Shown here: piece after piece, positions 50,698 to 64,000 of the stretch | How the letters are laid out: every line of letters starts with the position of its first letter | Numbering within the stretch: position 1 is the stretch's first letter | Assembly (NCBI RefSeq): GCF_006345805.1 | Contig: NC_043013.1 | Coordinates: 54,684,001 to 54,748,000, forward strand | From: Octopus sinensis | Taxonomy: Eukaryota | Length of the DNA: 64,000 nucleotides | Direction of reading: 5' to 3' | Notes under the pieces: model-generated | What the model was told of the DNA's origin: nothing | Database searches by the model: none | The model's input: only the letters and a program-made list of their open reading frames with translations | Made by a program: the position numbers and the translations under genes

Positions 50698-53501
50698 GGT
50701 GCACAAACTTATGCTAGAAAATTATCAAACAAGTAGTTTTTGTGAATTAAAACAATGAAAACAAAACCATGTACACTGTAAATTCAATCTGAAAGTGGAA
50801 CAGTAAATATATGCATCAATTTCCTAAAATTCAGCAAAAGATATATCTATGGTTATTGTCCAAATTCCAATGAGAAAGCCTTATTCTTTTTGACAGGCAT
50901 GGAATATTGTTTTATAGAGTTAAAAACAACCCCAGAACACATTGTCATCATCATCTTAATGTTCACTTTTCTATGCTTAAATGTGTCAGACCAAATTTAC
51001 TGAGGCAGATTTTCTTTGGCTGGATGCTCTTCCTGTTGCTAACCCTCACTTGTTTCCCAGCAGGCAAATATTTCAGCTAATCCTATGAACATAAATAGCA
51101 CAATGACCAGACATGTTTTAATAGAACACTGTCAGCAAATGATACCACTTGTATGACAATTATATTTGTTTACAATTAGCAAGTGATGTCAAGACATAGA
51201 GACACAACACACTTATTTATATGTGTGCATTTATGCATGCATGTGTGTGAGGGGCTTCTTTGAATTTCCATAGACCAAATCTACTCACTGACTCAGGGGT
51301 ATAAAGCTATGGTACAAGGCACCTATGGCACCCTGCTGTGGGACTGAACTCAAAACGCTTTGGCTGCAAATCAAACTTCTTAACCACACAGCCATGTTAT
51401 GATGTAAGGAGGATGATTAAATTATGGAATTTTTATTTTTGCATTTTGCTTCATCACCTAATGTAAGAGTCTGCTAAAAATCTCTAAGTCCAAATGCCTG
51501 AACAACAACTAGAAATAATGGTATGGCAGTAAGAACCGGTGCTAAGCACTCATGCATGTCCATCTATACAGTCACATTTATATGTGTATGTGTTTCAGAA
51601 ATACATCCAATCTCTAAAGAGAAGATCTCACATCACATTAACATTGCCGTTTCATGTTGTTAAGTGTAAAGAAAACAAAAGTAAAAGAAACAACTTGAAA
51701 CCCCATCCATGATTTGAAAAGTATTTGATCAACAGAGTTTTAGGTTTTCTGGCTAACCATTTCCAATGTATCTAAGCAGCTAACATTTAAAGAAAGTATC
51801 GATGACATTTTTGTTGTATGATAAGTTTGAACAAGATAAATAGCTATTTATTGAGATCTGGCAAATTTCTGACTGGAATTCTGATTGAGATAAAATATTT
51901 ATAGGAAAATGAAATGAATAATAATACACTTCCATTCGTTTCTTTTTTTTCTTTTCCTTTTTCTCTATTGGATACTTGGTAACATTCCAAGAGACTATTT
52001 AGAAAATAACACATTTCATAAGTTGGGGAATTCTTATATTCCAGTTTGTTGACCAAAGCAGTCAGTATCAAAGTAATAGGAATATTTTTCAAACATTTCT
52101 TTTTATTTTGCTGATATTTATTTATGAGTTGAGGAAGTGTATATGTGTGTGTGTGTGCGTGTATATATATATATATATATGCACACTCACACATACACAT
52201 GTGCGTATATATATACATACACACACATGTATGCATGTGTTTGTGTGAATATATAAGGTTATACATATGTATGTGTGTATGCATATATATATGTATACAC
52301 ATATATATTTATATACCCAAGCATATACACACACATATGCAGAGAGATAACCAGATTGATATCGATATATGCGTATATAACTTAAAACAAAGAAATCCGA
52401 TTGCATCGTAGGTGCTTTTTATATGGAATAGCAACTTTTAGCGATCCTACATTAAATGTGAGATAGTTTCTAGAATATTCTCCATCGAAATGGATAATCA
52501 TTTCCGTTTGGCATTTTCTCTACACCATTTTTATCTTATCACATGCACACACATACACTCACACATGCACACACACACACACACATATTTGTGTGTGGTT
52601 TTCTTAGTAAGATGTTGAAAAATTATAGCAGGAGTGTTCTCTTGCATTCAGAGGTTTTTTTCTATTGGAAATTACATTCTCATTATTGGCCAAAGAAAAT
52701 TGGCAAAGATAATATGATAATCTCAGAGAATTTCTATAGACTGATCAAACTCTGTGAATTGGGGACGTAATTATCTTTCTGAATGTCTACTTCTGTTGTT
52801 AGGAACTGTAATAATCCAGTTTTCATGCATCTAGACATTTCTGATTGCAAAAACCATAGATGGAAGCAGATAAAAGATGTTATAGAAGGAGATTAACAAT
52901 TAATGAAACATCGGCATCACAAATTTTGGTCTTATTATAGCTCGTGTAAAATCATTGAATGGTAGTAATAGACGTGGACAATCCTAAATGGGGAAATACT
53001 ATTGATTTTTTTTCCTCTCCCACTAAACCAGTCATATGACTGGAAGCTAATTTTCTAATAATTTTAGTTTATTCGTCACATAAAAAGAAATTAAACCAAT
53101 TAACCTTTTCAGCAAACAGATACTTAATTTTGGTGAGAAAATCAAGACACGAATTAGAATTTTTGCCACATTTTTATGACACTTAAGTAAAGTGAGGCAG
53201 ATGCTATTGTCAGATAGTAATTGATGTCTGGTTAATCTATGATTAGAGATCAATAATTCTTCCAGCATAGTCACAGACTTTCTTTAGTTGGCACTGGTAA
53301 GACATTGCAAAAGTCCAAGAACCTTTCAATTGGAGTTAGGTTTATGCTTGCGGTAAAAAGTACATTTGTTTGATATTAATTACATTCCCGGTACATTTGT
53401 TAAATTAAAGAATGTCATTGTCATTTTTGTCTTTGTTTTCCTTTCCACGTGGTTCCTAATGAAAACAACAAAATGGATGGTGATGGGGATTGAACTTTTA
53501 C

Positions 53502-53666
53502 CTGCTGTATTCAGTGCAATAGTTGTTCACAATAAATGCATTGATTGTTGAATTTGTAAAATTTCGTTGCAATAATATCAATAAGACAATTCCTACCGCG
53601 ACAACTACGATGATTCCAAGACATGATTTTCGACATAATTCCACAAACTGAACATTATAAATGTTA
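53502..53666 (-). CDS. Candidate exon encoding a transmembrane anchor plus N-glycosylation sequons (type II membrane protein-like)
   Basis: (N)IYNVQFVELCRKSCLGIIVVVAVGIVLLILLQRNFTNSTINAFIVNNYCTEYS; pyrimidine-rich acceptor (AG at plus 53667-68, alternative 53648-49); donor CAG|gtaaaa at 53501; 165 nt; flanking exons not found. Confidence 0.45.
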
Positions 53667-54944
53667 CTTTAATGAGAGGATAAAACAAAACTTTCAAATT
53701 TTTATTTGATGGCTACTAGCTAATGGTTTCTCATATTAATTTTTTTCCTTAGAAGATTCTGTTCACGCTATAAACAATTTGGTAATTTAGAACCAATATC
53801 TTGACCATATAGCAAGAAATGTACTCAATTATAGACATTTTTTTCTTTTAGTTTGGCACATAAGAATAATAGCAGAAAATACTGGCAGCACCAAAAGGAA
53901 AATAATAGAAATTTCCATGGGTCAGTATGTCGAGATAAGTTAAGTAATTACTATCATTAAAGGATACTAAACTACTACTGTACCAAGTACAAAAAAAAGA
54001 AAAGAAAAGAAAGAAAACAACACTAAGAAATCAATGATATTGCAAATTGCTGGGATGAAAGAAGAAATTGCCAAATGCTGGAAGATTGATTGTAGTTCAA
54101 TTGCAAATGATTAGAAATAAAATGTTGTAAAAACATGAAAGGAAAAAGAAACGAAAGAAAACGAGAGATGAGATATATTTACTGTTTCCGAGATGATTGT
54201 TAAGAGATAAGAATGAGCAACTAAGTTTAAAAAGTTGAAAAAAAAAAAAAAAGAAAAAGAAAAAAGATGAAAGGAATAATCAGTGAAGAGGCTGAAATAG
54301 AAATTATTGATTATATCCTGACTATCTATAAAGTAGAGTTCACACAAAACAATCAGGTTCTAATATTCTTTTTATATTTATGCACAAGGTTATTGTAGCA
54401 ATATAACGTAAGTTGTTCTGATCTATCAAAATTGTTGTTTCTTGCTATCCCAGCTGTGCGAAAATCTGTCGAGTGACCTGTCCCCTGTATGCTAACAGAA
54501 TGTAGAAATACATCTCAAAGGACTACATAACACAAAATAGTCCCTTGTTCACCCTAAAACATTGAATATTTATTGAAAAGGGTTTTTAAAAAGTGCCGTA
54601 AGAAAAAAAAGGATAGAAGAAACTGATTTTCTCAAGAAATGGGATTTCATTTGGAAATGTGGAAAATAAAATAAGTTCCATTTCCAATTTAAATGTTTCA
54701 TGTGAAATTGGTAAAAAGTCAAAGAAAATACAATACATACCAAACTGGAGTTTACTGAAGTAACTGCTAATGTCATCTCCACAGATTATTGGGAAAAGTT
54801 ATAAGTGGGGAAAATGTCTGTACGGAGATGTTTTGGGGAGGATTAGTGGTACTGGAACTACAAAAAAGAAAGAAAAATACAATGATGTGCAATATAAAGT
54901 GTATGAGATACAATTATTATTATTATTATTATTGTTATGTTTAT

Positions 54945-55158
54945 TATTATTCATATACACTCAACAGATTAAACTGTTGGAAAAGAAAGGAATCCTAACA
55001 TTGGGTTACAGCAAGTAACCTTAGATGCCAAGAACCCTCGTAAGTATCCTTGCTGTCCCTAATAACTCTGTTTTCTGGAGCTATACTAAACTGGGTTTTA
55101 TACCTATTTCCTTTATCCATCTGTTCAAATCTTTAGAAAAAGTTCCCAATGTACCTAA
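54945..55158 (-). mobile_element. R4/Dong-like RLE LINE 3' end (second subfamily)
   Basis: GTLGTFSKDLNRWIKEIGIKPSLV*LQKTELLGTARILTRVLGI* (stop 55021-23); (TAA)n on both sides. Confidence 0.78.
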
Positions 55159-57451
55159 ACTATTATTATTATTATTATTATTATTATAAATATATTAGAA
55201 ATTTGACTTCTTGACATGGATTTCCCTTGTAAACATTTGCTAAGGCATCACAGTTTGAAATAGTCTTCTATGCTGGTATACACCACTTTTACAGTATAAA
55301 GTTTGCTTAACAGAATATTTTATATGTTCTGTTTCCTCTAAGTGATAGTAAGTTTTATCCATCTACTAAAATCTAAATATCATTAAAACTTTTATTTTGA
55401 CTTTTTGTCTCGTATAAATTTTATGTATGTCTATTATGGTATTTTAAGCACCTACAATAAAGTGTTCCAATGCACAAGAGAAGAATGGAAGACTGGAAAC
55501 AACAATTTCCTATATCATAAGATATGCTGAAATGTTAAACTAAATTCAGTGAAAATCTGATGAATTTCCAAAACTGAATGTTTATCTAAAAATACAAATT
55601 GGATTGATTGATCGATTGATTGAAAAAAAAAAAAAACTCGAAACAGATTTAGGAGAGTGATGGAGTATCTTTTGTTATACATGAACAGCTGGGAATGGAT
55701 GAATAGCTGGAAAGAAGTGAAGAAACTTGGGTAGAATAAAAGGAACTGATCAGAGTATATGAAACTGTGAAGAGGTGTCAATATGTTGATCCAGCTTGCC
55801 TATGCTGATGCTAAGGAGACAAAATATACATGAATAAGATAATGGGACAGACACTGCTTGCTAATCTATAATTTTGATGGACTTATTATTGAACAAAATA
55901 TTGGAAATAACAGATCAATTGGGTTGTCACCTAGTGACATAAGTTAATAATTTGCAAAGGTGACCTTGTTGGGAACAAAACAGACTTTTTGGTTATATTC
56001 TGAGAAGCACTGAAAAGAAAAAAAAATCCCAAAAAACCATTGTTTTCTTTCAATTTCTAAGTTGGCAACTTAATAAAGTTTTGAGGAAAAGAAGCTTAGA
56101 ATCAGGAAATGGAAATTATTATCTTAATCGTGAAAAGAAAATTGCACCATATGTGGTTATATTGATTCTCAATGTGAAAATTAAAACTGTTTTAAAAATA
56201 GTTTTTCTTGCATGAGAGTAAAAGAAGATTACTCTATTTTCTTCCTTAGAGATTTCCCAATATGAGCCAGCGTTCTCTTGTGTCACCTTTTGTGTGGCAA
56301 ACTTGGAAATTTAGTTAGTCTTTACATCATTCAAGGTCATGTGATGGCACTATGAGGTCAAAGACACAGCATTAATGGATAAACATATTGAAACATTAAC
56401 GTGTTGGCTATGAAATGGCACAACATTAATTATTACATTGATACATGCTAATTTTACTAATTACGTGTTGGATCCTCTGTCTGTTAGTTTGATTTACTAG
56501 AAATATTAACTAAAGTCTATTATTTCATATCTTGCCTAAAAAAAACCAAAGAAGTTCATTGAATACTATGATCTTGGGTTAAAAATATTGTGAAATGGTC
56601 ATGGCTGGAATGTCTTTGATCATAAATTTGTTGACCAAGGTTGACCAGGGGTTAAAAAAACATACAAATTACATATATTGGAGTCAACTAACTTTTGTGT
56701 TGACATAGGCAGTTGCCTTTACATGAGTGTAGATTCTGAAAACATCTCACATGATAGACTACACACACACACACTCACACACAATCTAGCAAGTATGTGA
56801 ATATCAATGCTTTGCTGAAGAGGTTTAATGAGGCTGAATCATGTCTGAAATTGTCACGCCTGCCTACCAACTATATTATTATTATTCCCATTACCACACA
56901 ATGTCTATTCTCAGTTTTAATTAACTGAAATGTGTCTCAACAATGATAATGAGAATGTTGTCATTGTTGCTGTCATCACTGTCATCGTTGTTGTCATTAA
57001 GAGTTGATGAAGAGAATTGGATAAATAGTGTAACAACTCAAACAGCATAAAACTCATTCTGAGCATTCTTGGTTGCCATTGTTTGCTTGCTTTAAAAAGG
57101 GCTCAGTAAAGATTGCCCCCCCCCATTATATGTATAGTCCCTGTTAATGAAAGTCATCAGGGGTATAACCTTGAGTAATTAAAATTATGGATATAGTTAC
57201 AATAAGTTATTGTAATTGTGGGTATGATATTGATTAATTAAAGTTTATTGCAGCCAGTCTTCGTTAATCAAATTTATGCCTGTTACATTGTGTTTCTGTT
57301 GACTGAGTCCATTAGAACTCAATACAGGTTTGATTTTTAGGTAAAAATAAATTATAAATAAATGAAACATAAACTCTGTGTGTATGTATGTACATATATA
57401 TATATATATATATGTGTGTATGTGTGTGAGTGTGTATATGTATGTGTATAT

Positions 57452-57690
57452 ATCATCATCATTGTTTGACATCCACCTCCCATGACATGGGTGAGATAGT
57501 TTGACAGGAATTGGCCAGGCAGTAGCCAGCACCAGACTTCTGTGTCTGTTTTGGCAGGATTTTTACGGCTGGATGCTCTTCCTAACAATAACCACCCAAC
57601 AAAGTGGACTGAGTGCTTTTTATGTGGCACAAGCACAGGTGAGGTCAGTTTTGATAAGGTTTTTACAGCTGGATGCCCTTAAAACACTAA
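57452..57690 (-). mobile_element. SINE-like family C
   Basis: 'catcatcattgtttgacatcc...ggctggatgctcttcctaac...gagtgctttttatgtggcac'. Confidence 0.75.
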
Positions 57691-57694
57691 CCAT

Positions 57695-57745
<51 letters not shown>

Positions 57746-57915
57746 AGTCATAGACATGGTCATGTGGTTAAAATGTTTGCTTTCCATTCTATGATTTCAG
57801 ATTCTGTCCTACTGCATGGCACCATGGTTGAGTATCTTCTAATATATATAAAACAGACTTAAGCTTTGTGAGTGGATTGGTTCATGGAAACTAGTATATG
57901 CAAGTTGAAAGAAGC

Positions 57916-57967
<52 letters not shown>

Positions 57968-58659
57968 CACACACACACACATACATTCAGATACATATAC
58001 ATACACATACTGATATATGCAGAAGTATATGTGACATAATTCGTAAATGAACATCTGATGAGGTTGTCGTATCCTCTATCCTCAAAACTTTAAAGCAGAG
58101 CTGAGTTAAACTGTTATTAAATCCATTTAACTTCTGACTAAATGCGTTGAGTGCTGCTTTCTTTCGTTTGTTCATTCACTCACAGCAAGATGCAGCCGAG
58201 AGATACACTTGCATACATAAAAACCTACGTGTGAGAGCGTTCTATGATACAGACTTCTATTTTAATGCAATCAACGTTAAAACCTTTAAAGTTCATGCTA
58301 ATTTATGCTCAAAACATCAGCTTAATAACGACAAATTATTTTACTAATTTTTTTGTTATTTTGAAGTTTAATTGAAACAAAGGCAGCACATTTAAACAGA
58401 AATATGGTAACAAAAGGATGAAGCTGGCATTTACAGTAAAGATTTACAAGGAATTTTGATGGAAATTCTTTTTAAAACAGAAAATTTCTATCATAGTCCC
58501 AGGTGCAGTATGAGATAAATTGGTATCTAAAAAGTGTGGGCAACTAATATTCCAAAATTACTGTCAGCAGAATGGGAAGGAAGGAATGAAGAAATGCTAG
58601 AATATGATGGTCCAGTCACTGCTTTACGTTGTGGGAAAGTCCATTGTTTAGGTTAAGTA

Positions 58660-58925
58660 CATGCAAAAATGGAAAATGGGGAATGCAGAATAAAGAGGAC
58701 CCTTTGGCCTTGTTGAGAAGTAGATAATCTCTCTAGTGCTGGGACCACAATAAAATGCACCCAACACACTGAGAGTGATTGGTGATAGGAAGAGCATCCA
58801 CAGAAACCCAGCCAACTCTGAAATGTATAACCTAGACATGGCTCTTAGACCCATGTAAGACGGCACTAATTCTGAAAAACAACTGTGTTGGATCAGTGCC
58901 AACAGGGAAAACATGGGTAGAATAA
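58660..58925 (+). mobile_element. SINE-like family C, diverged
   Basis: 'taaaatgcacccaacacactgagagtgattggtgataggaagagcatcc...acccatg'. Confidence 0.6.
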
Positions 58926-59107
58926 TGAATATATATGTATATATATATTTCCGTGAGAGTTAGAGGTTGTGAATCCAACCAACTAAGGGATAGTACCTAT
59001 CCAATATACTACTGGTAGTGTATGCGATTATTAATACCCAAGTACTGGGTACGCAGATTTTAATACCCAATTATGTGGCAATTTCACTATTGAGCGTAAT
59101 AAATGGG

Positions 59108-59239
59108 CAACTCTCTGATGAAGCGTAGAGGCACACCCAATACCCTAATTTTATCTAACGATCACTACAGAACACTGAAGAGATGGAAAAAACATGTAGG
59201 GTGTTGTGACCTCTTGGCAGAAACGACCATAAGAAATTG
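59108..59239 (+). ncRNA. Hammerhead motif with a very long helix II, partly decayed
   Basis: Helix I caactct/agaaattg; CTGATGA 59115-21; helix II gc/gc, agagg/cctct, caca/tgtg, atacccta/tagggtgt; GAAA 59220-23; C-gacc-A-T-A (expected G16.2 is A). Confidence 0.6.
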
Positions 59240-59398
59240 TTCTTTTTCTATTCTATGAATTGCTGGTACTATGTATGTAGTATACAGTCTTTACATATGT
59301 ATATATTCTCATAAATGTTTTAGAATAAATAAATAGACATAATATAATGTCTGATAGTTGACGTATACCATTTCTGTATCACCTCCATTTTCTTCTTG

Positions 59399-59454
<56 letters not shown>

Positions 59455-59829
59455 GCACACACACACATACAGTTGATAATGGAACAGATATGTACATATT
59501 TCAAATAAATGTTCCCTCAGAGTTTATTTGATTTCTCAAACAGTTTCACAACTCTTTTACAGATCAAACAATGTCTTATTATGTCTTTTTTATCAACTTC
59601 CCTTCTCACCAGTCTTATGAAACCTAGAGAAAAAAATTAGGTGCCTCTGTTTTAATCCAGTTTGTTTATTTGATTGATTACTTCAGTGTCCTCCATTTGT
59701 GTTTCTCTGAAACTAATGGAGATAAGAAATTCAAATATTGTTTTTTCATCGATGATGACTCAGCAAAATACAGTCTGTATGAAATAGATTTTTTGAAGCA
59801 AGTTAATTGGGTTACAAATATATATATAT

Positions 59830-59861
59830 ATATATTGCACCTATATATATGTGTGTGTGTA

Positions 59862-59896
<35 letters not shown>

Positions 59897-59917
59897 GTAT
59901 GTATTTATGTGTGTGTG

Positions 59918-59958
<41 letters not shown>

Positions 59959-60020
59959 TTATGTGTGTGTGTGTATATATATATATATATTATATATATA
60001 TATATATATGTATGTATTTA

Positions 60021-60054
<34 letters not shown>

Positions 60055-60070
60055 CGTATGTATATGTATG
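59830..60070. repeat. Compound array of 'gtatgtatttatgtgtgtgtgt(at)n' units
   Basis: Three clear units. Confidence 0.9.
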
Positions 60071-60339
60071 TAATTATGTACGTATATGTGGCTGAGCAAT
60101 AGAATTACACGGTAAACAAATCAGTAAACAAATGGTTAACATGAAATGCTATAGAAATGTGTATAAAGATATAGTTACATGGCAACAGAATTCCTGTCCG
60201 ATATTGTGTTTAGAGGAAATTTATTCTTCCACACCCCCACGTTTTTTTTTTATTTTTTGTGTTAACTTGTTACTAAATATTTAGTTTATATCGATGCTAG
60301 TTTTTCCAATATGCACACACACACACACATACACACACA

Positions 60340-60380
<41 letters not shown>

Positions 60381-61220
60381 ACATTTGTCACCGAGCAAAA
60401 TGAAGGAAACTAATTTCACTTCACGGGGAAGGCTTATCATAAAAGAGCATCAAAAAAGAATTTGAAAGAAACAAAATTAGACATTTCATTAAGCCTGCAC
60501 ACAGAAGAGTCCATCAATATGAAGGAAGACGTTCAGCAGCCAATAAAATGCACTGCAGCAGAATAAAAAGGCTCTGTGTTCTTGAGATAAGGGGAAGTTG
60601 CCATAAGACTCACCTCTGATCATAGGGAACAAACCATCACTCTTTTTATTATGGAAGAATTTCACTACAACTGATGAGAGAAAATCTATTTAGAAACACC
60701 ATTAAAATGACTCAGAAACAATCTACACTTTATTGTAGAAGGATTTGTGGCCCAAAGTCTCACTTTATTCTAACAGCTGCTATTCCCTAAACAAGAAATA
60801 TTGTTAGTTAAAAGAAAAATTTTAGAAAATAGAAAAATACTAAAAAGAAACATTGATTATCAAAGTTCACTAAAGAATATTCACGTATTTTATAGTTCTT
60901 TAATTTAAATACCAAATTGACAATAAAATTTCAAAAACGAAGAACAGTGTTTGCTGATAAAAATTTAGAATTTCAAAGTTACTGGGTTTTTCTGAGAAGA
61001 AACACAAAGTCATGCATGCATACATATGCATGTGTTTGGGTGTATTTGTATAAAATCACTGATTCACACATATATATATATGTATATATGTGTATATATA
61101 TGTATATATGTATATATATATGTGCACACATATGCATACAGCATGCTTTACTAGATGTGCAATGCCAGTGTGCATGTATGACAAAGTGTAAATGTGTTAA
61201 AAGCCAAAAAAATTATGTAT

Positions 61221-61415
61221 AAGAGGCATCAGATGTAGTGTGCAAGAGAGAAGACTGCGCTGGAATGGTCATGTAATGCATATGGATGAAGACAGCTGTA
61301 TAAAGGTGTGCTGATCTCTAAATGTGGAAGGGACCTGTTGAAGAGGAAGACCCATGAAGAGATGGGATGTGGTGGTGAAAAATGATTGTCCAATGTTGAA
61401 GAGGAGAAGACAACA
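61221..61415 (+). mobile_element. RTE-clade LINE C-terminal fragment
   Basis: VQERRLRWNGHVMHMDEDSCIKVC*SLNVEGTC*RGRPMKRWDVVVKND matches the RLRW.GHV.RM...RGRP..W motif. Confidence 0.78.
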
Positions 61416-61644
61416 GCACACACAAATACACACATACACACACACATATATACTGGGCTTTTTTTCCATTCCCATCTACCAAATCTACTCACAAGGGTTT
61501 GATTGGCCAGTGGCTGTAGAAGAAAAGGTTTGCCCAATGTGCAATTCAAAGGGACTGAACCCAAAATTATAAAATTGAGAAGCAAGCTCCTTCACAACTT
61601 GGCCACACTTACATACATATGTACATTCATAGATATCTTTTATC

Positions 61645-61975
61645 TTTTGCTTGTTTCAGTCATTAGACTGTGGCCATACTGGAGCACTGCCTTGAAGAAT
61701 TTTAGTCTAATAAAACTAACCCAGTATTTTCTCAAGCCAGGCACTTATTTTGTCAGTCTCTTTTCCCAAACCACTAAGTTACGGGAAGATAAACACACCA
61801 ATATAGGTTGTTAAATGGTGGTGGAGACACAAATACACACACAATGGGTTTCTTTCAGTTTCCATTCTCGAAATCCTCTCACAAGGCTTCGGTCAGTCTG
61901 ACACTTGAGTAGAGGTGCCATGCAATAGGACTGAGCCTGGTACCATGTGGTTGGGAAGCAAACTTCTTACAACCT
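61645..61975 (-). mobile_element. SINE family B, near full-length
   Basis: Tail 'cttgtttcagtcattagactgtggccatactggagcac' through head 'ccatgtggttgggaagcaaacttc'. Confidence 0.78.
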
Positions 61976-61994
61976 GTGCCTATATACATATATA

Positions 61995-62135
61995 TTAATT
62001 CTGCCGTGGTCCACTTTGCCTCTCACCCTTTCAGGGGTCAATAAATTAAGTACCAGTTACATACTGGGGTTGATCTAATCGACTGCCCCCACTCCTCAAA
62101 AATTTTGGGCCTTGTGCCTAGAGTAGATAAGAATA
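61995..62135 (+). mobile_element. SINE family A, tail type 2, 5'-truncated
   Basis: 'actttgcctctcaccctttcaggggtcaataaattaagtaccagtt...ccttgtgcctagagtag'. Confidence 0.8.
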
Positions 62136-64000
62136 TATACAGACATATTATACATACATGTATGTGCAATTGTATGAGCATATACAAAAACTATGTCAAC
62201 ATGTCAGCGAGATTATAAAACATAATCTACAATCCATCTTTAATATGCAGCTAGGTTTAAGCCATACCAAATAAGCCTGGTTTCCGTTTGTATAGGTTAG
62301 GTTCTCTTGGGTAAGTTTGACACTTCTACAGTGTTTATAGTTTACCCTGTTCTAATAACCGTCTTCATAACAATTTTTCTTATTCCGAATGAATTTTATT
62401 ATCCACATTGTTTCCTTTCATGACATATGAAGGTGGTTATACCTGTGATTTGGAGCCAGAAGAGTAGGGATTTATTTTTATTTATGTGTTTCTAGAAAGA
62501 ATGGTAAGTTAATAGTGAAATATTGGCAAAGAGCCGGAGTTTTGTGAACACTGCTTTAGTAGTTCATTAGATTCTATTAAAGCAGTCATACCAACAGAAT
62601 TCATCAGATATTACTGTTATATAAAACCCACCCTATTTCTGGAAAGAAAGCAATGAAAGAGAATTACTTGGATCCCTCTTTGTTACAACCAAATACTTCG
62701 TTTCTCTTTTCTGCCTGTATAAAAATGCTGACGCATAAATGCAAATGCACTGATATATATTTATAGCTCTTTTTTATTAGTAGTGTAGCAATGGTTTTGT
62801 TTTTTTTTGTTTTTTTGTTTTTTTACTTTTCTAATCTTACATGGGAATTACCAGAATTGATAACGACAGCAATATTTTTCTGAATCATCAATGACACTTT
62901 TTCATTTCGCTCTACTTATGCAAACCAGTGATAGATTTGCAATCCAAAACCAATGGCAATGAAGCCAACAAACACATGCTTCATACAGGTCTTTGGATTC
63001 TCTGAGTGTATATAGATATATATTATACATACATGCATTCATATATATATATATATTATACATACATGCATTCATATATATATACATATATATATATTAT
63101 ACATACATGTATTCATATATATATTGCATGAAGAGGAATCCATACAACTTTTATAGAACATTTATATTTCCAAATTCAATAGGAATTTAGAAAGGAAGCT
63201 CAATTAGTGTTCTGCTTCCAGAAGCTACCGTTATTGACAATATTGATGGACCATACAGAATATCGTGAACAGTGACAGATAATATTGCAAAAGCGAAAAC
63301 TGAAGCAAGACAAAATAATTAATTTGGAAAAAAGAAAAGAAAAAAAGAAACCCACAAGAATTAACTAGCTTACATGCAATTGTATATTTGACAATACAAG
63401 CTCAGCCAATGTTGTCTATTGTTTCAAAAACCAAACATGGAATATCAAATATGTTCTAAGTTGGGTACGGCAACGAGTATGAAGAAGTGATACACAACAT
63501 CTCTCTTTTCGGTTAAACTTCATAGAATTTTTAGTGAACCTAAACACTGAATATGTACTTGTGTGAGGATGACTTTAGTTTGTGTATTATGTATGTACAT
63601 TCAGCGATGTATGTTTGTATGTAGTGAAAATTATGATTATATTTGGGTATAAAACTTGCAGGATGCTTTGCAAAGCCTGTTCCCAGTTATTGGCTACCAA
63701 ATGTCAAGATCAGTAGTATGTATGTGCTACTGGATTCACTTCAGAAATTCCTTGGTGTTTGTGGAGTTTATATAAAAATAGATCAGAGATACAAAAAACT
63801 ATGTAGTAAGAGGTAAAGACTTCCCTAATCTGTTCCAACCTGGGAAAATGGACAAAACTGTCGGTGGGGGGGGGGGTTACTATCTTGCTGGATTCTGTAA
63901 TTGGGATGCAGTCTTGTAGAGTTCCTACTTTGACAGTTTATTTTTCTATTGTATTGACCCAAGTACTTGTTTCATTCTAATGTTTATTTCATCAAATTCT

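Noticed and set aside
57987-58347. Overlapping plus and minus ORFs in a CpG-richer patch
   Set aside because: Competing, mutually exclusive readings with no discriminating evidence
60668-60705. CTGATGA-gagaaaatctattta-GAAAC
   Set aside because: Helix II is not closed and there is no helix III/UH
63190-63310. 'VIDNIDGPYRIS' filamin/Ig-like motif (plus) and strong minus-strand acceptor
   Set aside because: Immediate stop codons in both readings; the motif is too short to trust

Overview
AT-rich, microsatellite-dense eukaryotic DNA. The SINE families look like those of a coleoid cephalopod, probably Octopus (recognition from memory, not a database result). No complete gene is visible. Almost all ORFs in the track are artefacts of (TA)n/(CA)n repeats; two isolated candidate exons are supportable (7662-7869 on +, 53502-53666 on -). 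The window is dominated by several tRNA-SINE-like families (labelled A-D and F here), 3' fragments of four LINE groups (Tx1/L1, CR1-like, RTE, R4/Dong), mariner, Tc1-type and hAT MITEs, and two identical tandem duplications that may be assembly artefacts. The main hidden signal is a set of short elements, mostly embedded in or next to (TA)n, several with fold-back (5'-inverted) structure. They carry type I hammerhead ribozyme motifs (CUGANGA...GAAA...UH with helices I-III) from about six sequence families. Two families have intact cores (22220-22282 with its duplicate 23390-23452, and 44551-44633). The others are decayed (59108, 33473/16128, 32193/32232) or tentative (the axis of a 376-bp spacerless palindrome at 15517-15892). 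This architecture matches Penelope-like elements or retrozyme-like non-autonomous retroelements. All coordinates were read by hand, and repeat boundaries are approximate.
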